Source: Octopus vulgaris (Eukaryota). Taken from it: DNA of 64,000 nt. Location: positions 50,840,001-50,904,000 of the forward strand of contig OX597819.1 of assembly GCA_951406725.2 (NCBI GenBank), written 5' to 3'. Positions 13,688 to 26,509 of this stretch are shown piece by piece. The position numbers and the translations under genes are program-made. The notes beneath the pieces are model-generated. The model was not told the origin of the DNA and did not search any database. It saw only the letters and a program-made list of their open reading frames with translations. Position 1 is the stretch's first letter. Each line of letters begins with the position of its first letter.

Positions 13688-14076
13688 AACAAAAGGGACA
13701 TTAGCCATTTGAATGGGCTAGGGACAGGGCAGGGCGTGGGGGTGTACTGTTATTTAGCCCCAGCGAACATCAACGTCACCAGAAAGGCTTGACACCATCA
13801 CGGCGTCCTCTATCCTGCAAAGGAGATCATCCACCGAAGAAGCGGAAGCCACATACGGACCCAGGTTTCGAGGTGTTTGCCTCTCGTCAACCCTGGGTCC
13901 GTATGTGGCTTCCGCTTCTTCGGTGGATGATCTCCCTTTGCAGGATAGAGGACGCCGTGATGGTGTCAAGCCTTTCTGGTGACGTTGATGTTCGCCTGGG
14001 GCTAAATGCAACAGTAACACCCCCACCGCCCTGCCCTGTCCCTAGCCACATTCAAATGGCTAATGTCCCTTTTGTT
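13688..14076. repeat. Long fold-back inverted repeat (arms ~180 bp, loop 26 nt)
   Basis: 13688-13865 is the reverse complement of 13892-14076. The arms differ only by a few 1-2 nt deletions in the left arm. Confidence 0.95.
13852..13897 (-). ncRNA. Hammerhead ribozyme core (C3U variant, helix I disrupted) at the palindrome loop
   Basis: Minus strand UUGACGA-gagg-caaaca-cctc-GAAA-cc-ug-gg-UC-cguaug. Confidence 0.6.
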
Positions 14077-14099
14077 ATGGAGCAGTTACTGTCTATATC

Positions 14100-14120
14100 T
14101 CGTTTAGAGAATTATTATTG

Positions 14121-14167
<47 letters not shown>

Positions 14168-14213
14168 AACTATACCCTTTTAATCCCGAGCAACGCTGGG
14201 TATCTCTGCAAGT
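14100..14213 (+). mobile_element. Helitron 3' end
   Basis: Hairpin CCCGAGCAACGCTGGG, then TATCTCTG and CAAGT (a degenerate CTAGT). The 5' end was not located. Confidence 0.65.
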
Positions 14214-14849
14214 ATAATATAAAATTTGTCCTCGGCGAAATTTAAATGAGAAAACTTACTGACTACCGAAAATCATCAAAAAATGTTTACTCAGCTCATT
14301 GAAGCTCTGTTATCACCATCGCATTATAATCAATGATAATATGAATGATAAATAAATGTAACGGAAGTTTTTATGTAGACAAAAAAGAATTAAAATAATA
14401 ATAAAATTAAAATAAAGAATAAAATAAAACAAATCCATTCAGGTGTTCGATGTCTTTAAGTTTTGGTCAACTGTAGATACACGATGTCTATGCAACACAT
14501 ATTAAGCAATTGAAAAAGGGCTTTTAAGATGTACAATAAAAATGAAAATTGTAAGTTATTATATTGTGAGTTTATATATTGTGAGTTAAATTGCAATGTA
14601 AAATAACGATCAAATGGCTCAAAAAGTTGCATTTAAAAGTAACGGTTACAAAATGACAATGAAGATAAAATAAAAATAAAATGATAATAAAAGTTTGTAA
14701 ACAGTCGGTTTTCTTGAAGCTGGAAGAAAGTAAAATGTAAAATGTAAATGCGATAAATGAACAATGAATATTATACAAAATGGCGCCTGCTTTTAGGAGG
14801 CAAAGCCAAATTCAAAAGCGAACGTCAAATATTATTATCCGTATTATAT

Positions 14850-15090
14850 TTTATCGCTTGGCATTTTATACCTCGTAGCGTGTCTGCAGGAATTCAAAAG
14901 CTCCCGTCTTTGGTTCAATGCATATATATCCTGGAACAGGATGAAGAGATTTTCAGCCAGACACAAATTGCACCTCATAGGGCGTCTATATACTCCATGC
15001 TTATATGGAGCAGCTCCCTCCAAGATCGCCCTGCTGATATTGAAAGGACGGGTATCATTTTCTTTAAAATTCCAGACATATTTGGTATGT
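14850..15090 (-). pseudogene. Penelope-like retroelement GIY-YIG endonuclease C-terminal fragment
   Basis: Manual translation gives TKYVWNFKENDTRPFNISRAILEGAAPYKHGVYRRPMRCNLCLAENLFILFQDIYALNQRRELLNSCRHATRYK. This matches the PLE pattern W.LK...W.I....Y...CxLC.xEK...LNxRxE...CRH. Confidence 0.8.
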
Positions 15091-15689
15091 ATAAGCGTTT
15101 GTACGTTTAGTGTACATATGTACGTTTATGTTTTAGTGTGTATATGTATAAGTACAGTGTATTTAATATTAGGCCGTTAGATTTGTGTAAGTGAATATTA
15201 TTATAAACAGACTTACATTTATTTTTAAGTAAACTTATTTTACCATTAATTAATTTAATTCTGGGTATATAGATTTTCTTCATTCTAAGTACAATTACTT
15301 TTGAAATTTTGATTTTTCTTCGATTTTAAATCATATGGTTTTTAAACCTATCACCATTCATTAGAAAAGCCGTTAGCTGAAAGGACCATTGAAAAGAAAC
15401 CAATTTCAAATGTGTATCTGTCAAAGTAAATTGTATATGTTATATATACAAACGTAATTTTGTTGTGTCTGGGGAAAGTCATTTTCTTCTTGTGCCTTAT
15501 AATTTAAAACACTCACCGGTAAAATTTCCACTTATTATTTTTATTTTCCTAAAATTTTCATTGCGTCTTGCAAACTTTTCAATAGTCTTGACTCTCAACA
15601 GAATATGCTTCAATACAGGAACCCATATAAAGAATCTTGCAAACGAAATCCAAAAACGAAACTTAATTTTGTTCCATTCTTAATCCAAA

Positions 15690-15727
15690 TTATCCGACGA
15701 ACGGGTACGTGAAACTCTGAGTAGTAA
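15690..15727 (+). ncRNA. Minimal type I hammerhead motif (U4C variant) in a Penelope-type terminal repeat
   Basis: uuau-CCGACGA-acg-ggua-cgu-GAAA-cuc-u-gag-UA-guaa. All three helices can pair, and AATAAA follows at ~15770. Confidence 0.6.
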
Positions 15728-15842
15728 ATTTTTGTGATATTTTTGTGATGTTTTTGCAGTTTTAATAATAATAAAGCGTATTACTCTACGGTATTCGAGT
15801 ACTATTTTCCCCACCTTATTTCACATCTATGTGCTTACTTTG

Positions 15843-15888
<46 letters not shown>

Positions 15889-15903
15889 ATATACCTATAT
15901 ATG

Positions 15904-15936
<33 letters not shown>

Positions 15937-16202
15937 GTATGTATGTATGTATGTATGTATGTACATGTATGTATGTATGCATGTATGTATGTATATATAT
16001 ATATATTTATATATATACATATATTATATAAAATCCGTTCTGACTGTGTGTCTGTCTGTCTTCTGTCACAACCTGGGACCTTGAAGACTGCTTTAATGCA
16101 AGAAAGTATACTAGTCCCTTAATATTTGATATTCAATATTTCATCTATTCAATAAGACAATCAATACTTCATTTCATAATACTATATATACTTTTTATAC
16201 TA

Positions 16203-16926
16203 TCTTTATATATATAAAACTGAGAATGTGTGTGTGTCTGTCTGTCTGTCTGTGTGTTTCCCTAAAACTTGAGAACTACACAACCAATTTAATTCAAATT
16301 TTACATATGCCTTACTTAGGGTCCGGGGAGTGTCATCGGCAAAAAAAAACATGTTCAACTTCTTGCCTAGAGCGAGCCCATAGCAATATCATATCTTCTC
16401 CACTATTTCAGTATTACGTGTTAAAAGTGAAACAAAAATATTTCTCTATTTTATGTCAGATGCTTTCACTTTAACAATAAAAATAATAATAATATTTGAA
16501 TTATACGTAGTAAGTAATAATTAAAATCAAACTAAAGTATAATATAAGTAAAAATAGCAATTGGTATAAAATTGCATCAATGATTTGAACTTGAATAAGT
16601 GGTGTCACATGAATAGGAATTAGATTAAAATTAAAATGAGCGTGCAGAAATGGAATAGTCCAGATGGATAATAAAAAATTAAATTAAAGAAAAGACTATT
16701 GTCTATAAAGTATACAATGTAGAGAAAAAAGAAGAGTTAACAATTCCAGTCTGTTATATATTTTGAGTATTGTTATCACTAGCGGTATCAAGATATAACT
16801 TTGTATTTTGCATTTTATGTGTAGATGTATATACATAGATGTACATGTAATATGTACACATATATATATACACATATATACATGCACTAGCACTATGACC
16901 CGGCAACGACGGGTCTTTAATGCTAG
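16203..16926 (+). mobile_element. Non-autonomous Helitron, copy 1 of a tandem pair
   Basis: 5' TCTTTATATATATAAAACTGAGAATG; 3' hairpin GACCCGGCAACGACGGGTC followed by CTAG. Confidence 0.8.
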
Positions 16927-16930
16927 CATG

Positions 16931-19149
16931 TATATAAAACTGAGAATGCGTGTCTGTCTGTCTGTGTGTTTCCCTAAAACTTGAGAACTACACAACCAAT
17001 TTCATTCAAATTTTACAAATGCCTTACTTAAGGTCTGGGTAGTATCATCGGCCAAAAATCTTAACTTTTTCCCTAGGGCGGCCCCACAGCAATATCATAT
17101 CTTCTCCACTATTTCAGTATTACGTGTTAAAAGTGAAACAAAAACATCTCTCTTTTGTAATGCAGACACTTTCACTATTAAAGTGAAAGTATTATATAAC
17201 AGGGATGTACCATTAACAATGGTCATCCATTTTGCTAGAAGAAGATCCGCTATGATCTTATATGCTACACCACTGGTTTTCAATTCATATTAATCAAATT
17301 GATATTCAATTTTTCACCCTTATTATGTGTGTGTGTGTGGGTGTGTGTGTATTAGCAATTCGTATAAAATTGCATCAATGACTTGAACTTGAATAAGTGG
17401 TTTCACATAAATGGGGATAAATTAAAAGAGGTTTGTTGTTATCATTATTACTGTTTGACTATTATAATTACGTTTGTTGGTTCCTCGTCAGGGAAACGTT
17501 GTTGTGTTGCATTTGTTAAATAATTGTAAACCGTAACCCTCCCCGGGAAATTGACAATATTTTCATCGTCTTTATGGAAGCATTTTTTTAAAAATGCCTT
17601 CGGTAGAAGAAAGTCCAAAAATGAATTTCGCTGCAGCCGTACACTTCTATACAAGAGGGAGGACAAGATCCAATTGATCGAAATTGCAAGAGACGGGCCT
17701 ACAATTCCAGTCTGTTATATATTTTGAGTATTGTTATCACTAGCGATATCAAGATATAACTTTGTATTTTGTATTTTATGTATATAGATGTACATGTAAT
17801 ATGTACACATATATATACATATATACACATGCATAATATATCTACCCATACACACATATGCACACACACACACATCATTGAATTGTGTCAAAAGGGTGGG
17901 GCTATTGTCTAATTATGGAAAACAACAGTGATTCAAAAATTTTTGAAAAATTTTTTGATAATTCTCCCCAAAAATTTTTGAAAAACTTTTTGAAAATTTC
18001 CCCCAAAAATTAAAAAAAATTTTTTGAAAATTTTCTCAAAACTTTTTTGAAAAGTTTCCTCAAAAATATTTCAAAAATTTTTGAAAATCTTTTCAAAATT
18101 TTCACCAAAAATTAAAAAAAATTCTTTTGAAAATTTTCCCCAAAAGCTTTGAAAAATCTTTTGAAAATTTTCCCCAAAAATTTTTCGAAAATTTTCCCGA
18201 AAAACTTTTGAAAATTTTTTGAAAATTTTCCCCAAAATCTTTTGAAAAATTTGTGGAAAATTTTCCCCAAAAATTTTTGAAAAATCTTTTGAAAATTTTC
18301 TCAAAACTTTTGAAAAATTGTTTGAAAATTTTCCCTAAAAACTTTTGAAAAATTAAAAAAAAATTTTCTCCAAAAACTTTTGAAAAATTTGTGGAAAATT
18401 TTCCCCAAAAATTTTTTTTAAATTTTTGAAAAATTTTGAAAGACACTATATTTTATAATCATAGTATATATACTTTCTCACACAACAATTACAATATATT
18501 TATTTTAAATCATTTATTTATTTTAAATCGTTCATCTTTCTCCCCCCTCTCTCTCACACACATTACTTTGGGTGCGAAAGAGTTTTGTTTTTATCTTACG
18601 CCGAGTAAAGAAGTGTTTTGTTGACAATCCATTTATTTAACAACAAAGAAACAAAGAGGTGAGTAGCAATTTGTTAGTGCTTCCACCACACCCACTCCGT
18701 TTCACGGACCACAAAAAGGGTTTCGTAGCATATTAGGAGGTCAGAGTAGTTGATTCCACGCAAAAAAAACCCGATTATTTTTCTTAGTGAAAATCGTGCG
18801 AGTGTTAATCTACAAATTTAACAACATTTTTCCATTCATTTCTGTCTATGAACATGTATGCATGCACAAAACATGCAATAGGTGTACGTACGTACATGTG
18901 TGTTCGTGTCTGTTGCCCATATATATTTATATCATATTATATTATATTATATTATATTATATTATATTATATTATATTATTATATTATATATATATATAA
19001 TATATATAACATATATATATAATATAACCAATTTCAACGGATTTTGCCCAAATTTGACGTCGATATTACTTAGTTTGGTTTGAAATGAAGAACTTGATTA
19101 GCTTAATAATCGTAACTTAATCCCGGGCAAGGCCGGGTTATACTGCTAG
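16931..19149 (+). mobile_element. Non-autonomous Helitron, longer copy 2 with an internal minisatellite
   Basis: Repeats the 5' ~230 bp and internal blocks of copy 1 (16555/17350 and 16741/17701). Ends CCCGGGCAAGGCCGGG-TTATACTG-CTAG-T. Confidence 0.75.
17930..18440. repeat. ~33-34 bp A/T-tract minisatellite
   Basis: About 14-15 units of GAAAATTTTCCCCAAAAATTTTTGAAAAATCTTTT. Confidence 0.9.
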
Positions 19150-19225
19150 TATATTCTATATTCTACATTAATATTATAAAGAATATAAATAAAACATAAA
19201 AAAAAACAGAGTTGGAATTTATTTG

Positions 19226-19272
<47 letters not shown>

Positions 19273-19983
19273 GGGAAGAGGAGCTAGAGCGCAGATGAAC
19301 GTTTTTGGCGCTCCACGACCTCCTGAAAATCACATAGAACTCCAAAAGATCTATGTGTTTGAAATTTAGTTAACATTTTTTTAGGTGGACGTTTATTAGA
19401 AAAAAAAGATGTGCTTTAGAAAATAACACTAGGCATTTGCAGTTAAGAGAAAGAATTATTAAGCAAAGTATTTTTATATGGCGAAATATGAGATGCGTGA
19501 CATATGAGAAACAACGACTTGGAGATATGGTTATGATGTTGACTTGGGTGGTGGGTTATGCAGCTTGCTGATGTAGAATTAAAGAGGTCGTTGTACTAGA
19601 ATCTAGTAACTAGAGCTAGAGAAAGAAGAGATAAGAAACCACACGTGTGTGTGAGCAAAATCTCACTGATAGTCTCCATAGTGTTTCGTTATGAACAAAC
19701 TATGCGTTTCCTTTTATGATATGGTCCGAGTTTCTTTGCGTGTGTCGGAGTATTTAAATACCATCACCAGAAATATGGTTTGCTGAGTTTTGTAGAGAGT
19801 CACTAATTGATCAGGGTTGTAATATTTCTTCACCGAATGACACTTAGGGGATATATTTTCGGAAGCTGATTATGGTTTACTAATTAGAAATTAGAAACAT
19901 AGACAGCTATGATGATTAACCAAGAATTAAAGTTAGATAATCCATGATACATTCCACAGCAATATTATATATTACTATTTAAA

Positions 19984-20200
19984 AGGCGGCGAGCTGGCAG
20001 AATTGTTAGCACGCCTGGCGAAATGCTTAGCGGCATTTCGTCTGTCTTTTCGTTCTGGGGTTCAAATTCTGCCGAGGTCGATTTTGCCTTTCATCCTTTC
20101 GGGGTCGATAAAGTAAGTACCAGTTAAGCCCTAGGGTCGATGAAATTGACTTAACCCCTCCCCTGGAACTTCAGACCATGTGCCTATAGTAGAAATGAAT
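19984..20200 (+). mobile_element. SINE family A, full length
   Basis: GGCGGCGAGCTGGCAGAATTGTTAGC through the core and tail. Confidence 0.9.
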
Positions 20201-20511
20201 ATATATTATTTAATCATATAAATATATTACTATTATTACAATACATATTATTATTATGTATCGTCTGTATGCTGCATCGTAATTTTTATGGCTTAGGTGT
20301 GCGAAAAACAGAAATGTAGTAATAAAATAATAATAGTATTTAACGTAGATACAAAATCACATATTTTAATACCGAGTGTAGTCGATAACATGTGCTACCT
20401 TCACACAAAATATTGTATTCATTGCTATTTTATGGGCTGTGTTTTTGTGAATGGACAAAGTTGACACATCCATAGATCTGACACTCTGAAAGTCAAGGGA
20501 GGTAACTAGAT

Positions 20512-20696
20512 CAGTGTTCAGGAACCCTTTTTCACTTGCGGTACACATATATTCTTTTCAAAATTCGGCAGCACACCTGAGATAAATATATTACTAAAAT
20601 TATAGGGCAAAAATTATATTCAGGTTACACTGCGGCACACCTAGCATTGTCTCGCGACACACCAGTGTGTCGCAGCATACTGGTTGTGGAGCCCTG
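20512..20696 (+). mobile_element. hAT-type MITE
   Basis: CAGTG...CCCTG termini, 8-bp TSD AACTAGAT/AACTAAAT, and a second copy at 61476. Confidence 0.85.
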
Positions 20697-21406
20697 AACT
20701 AAATACTCAAAGCATTTCGTCCGATGATTTATATAACCTGCCACCTAAACATCCTCGAAAATAAGTTATAGACTCAAGGCTTGCAATTTTATCCTCCGGT
20801 TTCTTATCTTAACGCAAAACCTCTTTTTGGTTGTGGAACAAAATATACTAGATGATATCGCCTTCCATATTTGGTATGGCTGGTACAATATTACAGCAAT
20901 CCCAGATGACCGAAAGAAAAAGTCGATATCGGTGACCTGACGCCATTTTGTTTTAAGCTCATCCTAAAGTTACTAAAGTTATTTTACGCTTCGAACGAAA
21001 CCGTTCCACTTCCCGGATCACATTTCCATGCTTTCCCAAAAGACCAATTATCACGGCAAAAGTATTTAATTCAGGATTATTCTACCTACTCCCAAGGGTG
21101 GTCGATTAGCGGAACAATAAGAGTGTTGAAAAGCTTGTGGCAACTGTTCCGGTTCTTTACGTTCTGAGTTCAAATGCTGTCGTGGAGTATTTGAATTAAC
21201 AAAATCTAGCATTCTGAACAAAAAGGGAAGTAACTAAATACGCAAATCCTTTCGTTCGATACTTTACATAATCTGCCATCGTTGCATTCTCAAGAATATT
21301 AACTGGCAAAAATGAATTGTTTTAAATTCGACCCTGTTTATTACATTTCTTATCAGGTTTTAAAATTCTTTTGTATACATGACGTTTCTCCTTTAGGAAA
21401 AATTCG

Positions 21407-21484
<78 letters not shown>

Positions 21485-21491
21485 GTTGCTG

Positions 21492-21555
<64 letters not shown>
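21407..21555. repeat. (TTA)n microsatellite at the 3' end of the adjacent LINE
   Basis: Read directly. Confidence 0.95.
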
Positions 21556-21556
<1 letters not shown>

Positions 21557-22030
21557 TACTTTTAATCTGCATGCTTGTTACAATCACATGCCGAGGCACC
21601 CAACGTCCTAGGGCGAGTGAAAATAAGAAATGTTACAGTATGACTGAAAGCTTGGGGAGGGGAAATGGCAGGGACTAGCGAAATATCTTCATGTAATACA
21701 ACACATTTAAATTGATAGGGCTTTCCTAGGGATGTGGGCAGTACTTGTCAGGACAATCTTTTGAATTTCTCTGAGACATGGTTCTCCTGGGACATTATCT
21801 AGATGTTTCTGACATCCCTTATCATACCTAGGGCACCGACAATAACAGGAACAGTTCTCGCTTTAAAGTGCCACATCTTTTGCATTTCAATTTCCAGGTC
21901 CTTATAGTTACTTAATTTGTCAAATTCCTTCACAGATATATTTTTATCAGTGGGAACACTTATATCTATTAGTCTACAAATAATTTCTTCCCTGTCTTTA
22001 ATGACTTTGTCTGGTCGATTAAGCTGGATC
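21556..22030 (-). mobile_element. 5'-truncated R4/Dong-like LINE (restriction-like endonuclease end and 3' UTR)
   Basis: ORF 21799-22032: NRPDKVIKD...LIDISVP...KEFDKLSNYKDL...VPVIVGALG. Confidence 0.85.
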
Positions 22031-22072
22031 ATTCTTCTTCTTCTTCTTCTTCTTCTTCTTCTTCTTCTTCTT

Positions 22073-22151
<79 letters not shown>

Positions 22152-22881
22152 GTAGTAGTAGTAGTAATTGTAGTAGCAGCAGCAGCAGCAGTTACTGTTG
22201 TAGTTAAGGTGACGAAGTAGCAGAACCACCAGAGCAACGGACAAATGTCTTGTATTTTTGTTTTAATTTTGTTTTGAATGTTGCCTTTTTGTTTCGATTT
22301 TTATATCCCGTTGGCTTTAACTTTACCCTCCTGGGTTGAAAAAATAAAGCACTAGTCAAATACAGGAGTCGATGGTCTCGACTAATTCCCTTCCTTTAAA
22401 ATTACAAGCCTTATACCTAAATTATAAAATAAAATTTTCGAAAATCCTTTTTTTTTTGTCTATCCTCCATCGTACAAGAATAAGTTACCCAATTCGAGAC
22501 TCGGTCAGAACTTTCTTTTTTATTCATAATTTAATCAGAGAAAGGAGAGGACGAACAGGAAAGTTGTGAAAGGGTTGTGAGCATGGCCTGAGTCAACAGA
22601 CTCATTTTGATCATTCGATCGTAGGTTGGAATATACAGACTTAATTGTCCCTATTACCTTTGGCAGTAAGAATGATCTTGGACCTATGTGGGTCCCCGTT
22701 TGACCCCAGTTGTTTGTTCACTAATTTAGTTCTTTTCCACTTCGCATTCATGTGTACTTTTTTTTCTCACCCTATTCAATGTAGACCATCACTATTTTTG
22801 TAATCTGTCCTTGTAATGTTCGCTTATCTGCCTACTTTGCGGCAAATAAAGAAAGAAAGAAAGATAATAATAATAATAATG

Positions 22882-22934
<53 letters not shown>

Positions 22935-22970
22935 CACCATCATTATCATCATCTCCATTATTTATTATTA

Positions 22971-23051
<81 letters not shown>

Positions 23052-24140
23052 CAAAGAGATCTCAGGTTACGAACATGAAACCTTCAGTGCCGTTAGTTCT
23101 GTGATTATTTAATAAAGATCGTAATCATTGCTTAGAAGTACCACTATCAAATTTAAACCGTCAAAACACTCGTTCGCAATGACTCCTTTACTGTAACAAA
23201 TATGGTGTATTTAAAAGCATTGCAAGTCACTAATTACAAGCAGACAGATTTGGTTACATTCGAAATCTTTTCGCAAGTGAAGCATATTTATTAACCCCCA
23301 CAGAAAACTGAAAGAAAATAAATCAACAAAGTAACGTATACGAAAATTAAATATACATGTTGAAGGTTTTAACGCCAGATCTAGTTTCCTCTTAGTTGTA
23401 AATCTTACGATGGGAATTTAACATCAACTAATCTTCACTTGTATAAATATAACTCTCGTACCATAAACCATCTTAATTTAATATTACAAATTCATTATTA
23501 ATGAGTCGTGTATGGAATCGTATTCAGCATTTTCACATAAATTAACAAGGTCTAGTAAATTATCTTCACCTTCCGTTGCACTGAACGTTTGTAGGTATAT
23601 TTTTTCAAACTTGAATCGTTTTCCCATATTATTATTCTCTTAAGAGTAAAAAAAAAAAAAAAGAATTATGTTGTACATTTTCTAGTAAACAGTTTATCAT
23701 AATGTATATTTAATGCGCTGGGGCGAGAATACAAAATGGATAAGTTATAGGCAATCTGCGTAAGACAGCCTTCAGTTCAAACTCATTGCAGGTGTTTCTC
23801 TCTTTCTGATGAACACATTATCTTAATTAACTTAACTGACGCCAGTATGCACCAGATCACGAAGGAATATTATATGTGATTTAAAGGCGCCCTAACCATA
23901 AGCTTTATGCCTTTACACCAGATCTAGATAGCGGCTTGTAGAAAATCTCCCGATCCTCAGTCAGTTTTCAAAGATCAGTATCAACGGATTATGCCTTAGC
24001 ATGCGGTTGGCAGTGAATACATGTTACTGAAAAAGTACAATTAGGCAGAATTGCATATCTTTCGTCTACTACTGATATATTTGGGGTTTTAAACACAGTA
24101 TGTCCGTATGAATATTATCTGAGTACAAATACCGCACTAA

Positions 24141-24191
<51 letters not shown>

Positions 24192-24262
24192 CGAGATTTT
24201 ACACAGTTTCTGTCTACCAAATTCACTCACAAAACAATGACCTGTTGGGGTGCGAAATTTTT

Positions 24263-24910
24263 TTTTCCCACCAGAGTTCCGGACCCCAGTTAGGAACTCA
24301 TTTGCATACACCCAATCAGAGCTTAACTATCAAACTAGTGTCCACCTAGTCACGAAAATACTCTGGTTGGGTTCAATGGAAAATGTGCGTTATAGCAAAA
24401 TCTAACTGTTTTAAATGTGAAATTTAGTGTATAAAGTGAATGGAGAGCTGCTCACCGATGATGCCATAAGTGTTGCCAATTTGCGCAATTTACTCGAAAA
24501 TGTAAATAAGTGTAGTTTTCTATTTTTTTTTTTACTGATTTTGTACATTCCTAATTTAAAACGTTGGTGTTGATCTGGAAACATCGTAATCAATATGGCG
24601 TTGTGTCGTATTGCGCCCTCCTAGCATATATCTATGGCTACCTGCAGTATCAATAATCTCAGTTTGGGCATAGGTACCTAATGTTAACTCCATATACAGA
24701 TGGTGTTCAATTGATCTATGAGGATGGTGGAGGTGGGGAATGTGGTGCTTATGTGAGACCTGCTATGCTGTACTCACAGAGTGGCATACACCATTCTATG
24801 CCTAACTAGCTGTACTGTAGTAGTACACAATATGTGGATTTTCAAGGTGAACTCTGATTGGCTGTATGCAAATGAGTTCATTATTGGGGTTCGGAACTCT
24901 CGTGGGAAAA
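24263..24910. mobile_element. MITE-like element with ~65-bp imperfect inverted repeats
   Basis: 24263-24326 (TTTTCCCACCAGAGTTCCGGACCCCA...ATTTGCATACACCCAATCAGAG) is the reverse complement of 24847-24910. Confidence 0.75.
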
Positions 24911-25238
24911 TCATTTGCGGCTGGGGCCATAGTTTAAGATATCAGACCAAAAATGTCGCACAATAGAACAGAACTGGAAATCATGTATTTGCGAAGCGGC
25001 GAAATTGAAATTATTTCACTATACTGCTTGTGTGTCGTATCTGGGAGCGGAATTCCAATAAATTCTCACCATTACAACATAAATCAATCGATGGGAAATC
25101 AAATAAACTGCAATACGATTTCTTTCTGCTTCACAAGACCATCTGCTGTCGTTTAACTGCAAGTCATTTCTACCTGAGCAAAATATTATTAAAGACTCTT
25201 CATCTACCTACATACCTACATATCTGTCTGTCTGTCTA

Positions 25239-25279
<41 letters not shown>

Positions 25280-25295
25280 TTATCTATCTATATAG

Positions 25296-25381
<86 letters not shown>

Positions 25382-25458
25382 GTCTGTCTGTCTGTCTATC
25401 TATCTATTTATCTATCTATATAGCTGTCTGTCTGTTTGTCTGTCTGTCTGTCTCTCAG

Positions 25459-25520
<62 letters not shown>

Positions 25521-25689
25521 CATCTATTTATCTATCTATCTATCGAATGTCAAGCGTTGTCAAAACAAAATCATATACACACACATTTATACATACACAC
25601 ATACATACATACATACATACATACATACATACATACATACATACATACACACACACATACATACATACACACGTATACAAGTCTCTCTC

Positions 25690-25845
25690 TACAGTTTCCG
25701 TCTAACAAAATATCCTCACAAGGCATTAGTTTTCCCAGAAGCGATAGTAGAAGACACTTGCCCAAGGTGTCAATCAGTGGAACTGAACCCGAAAGCATGT
25801 GATTGCAAAGCGTGCTTCTTAATCATAGAGCTATGACTGTGCCTA
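25690..25845 (-). mobile_element. SINE family D, 5' half
   Basis: ATAGTAGAAGACACTTGCCCAAGGTG...ACTGAACCC. Confidence 0.8.
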
Positions 25846-26509
25846 TTATATAGTCTTTACGCTTCGCCTATTAGCTTTTACGCTTCTCCTCAGTGACGCA
25901 GCTAGGACCGAACGACACTTCATCTTCAGAAGGAGGGCACCTGAGGTTTCTTGTGAATCACAATAACCTTGAACTGGTTCCAGCTGCAGTGCATATCTCC
26001 TTGGTGACCTTCTTCAGATGTTTGAGTTATTGCTTTATTTTTTTTCTTAAAGTTAGTGACTTGTGATTTTATGGAAATTTGACTACTATTTCTAGCAGAT
26101 TAGGAGACTGCCCTGAGGTACTGTTGTTAGCGTAAACGCTACTTGTTTATAACGGAGATGAAAGGCTTTTCTCAAGAGAAAAAGCGACACAAATGAAAGG
26201 AAATACTACCCCATGGTAATCGATATCGATACAGCGGCAGATATTGATGACATGATGGATTAAAATACCGCCGCGCTACAGGGTTCACCAATGATTGAAT
26301 TATTGAACGTATTCACCCATTACGTCATTTATTTTGAATATTTTTGGCGTTGATTCAATTTAGTTTTAGCAAATTTGATTCTATTAAAATGCTAGCAGTC
26401 TCAATGGGTTTGATTTGTAATATGAAGCAGTTTTAGAGATTCGTAAGTTCGATCTAAGTGGTGCAACAGCACATTCGATAAGTAAGGAAACGATTTCTTC
26501 TTATATAAT

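Noticed and set aside
14757-15180. Plus-strand ORFs of 117 and 79 aa as host exons
   Set aside because: They are antisense to the Penelope endonuclease fragment.
17448-17666. Possible Helitron helicase fragment (IVNFPGRVTVYN...RFP)
   Set aside because: The resemblance is faint and no diagnostic Pif1 motif is visible.
17930-18440. CRISPR-like periodic array
   Set aside because: There are no unique spacers and the context is eukaryotic. It is a minisatellite inside a Helitron.
25855-26020. Two minus-strand CTGAAGA boxes with GAAG/GAAA downstream
   Set aside because: The helices are not adjacent to the core and the NUH site is missing, so it is too degenerate to call.
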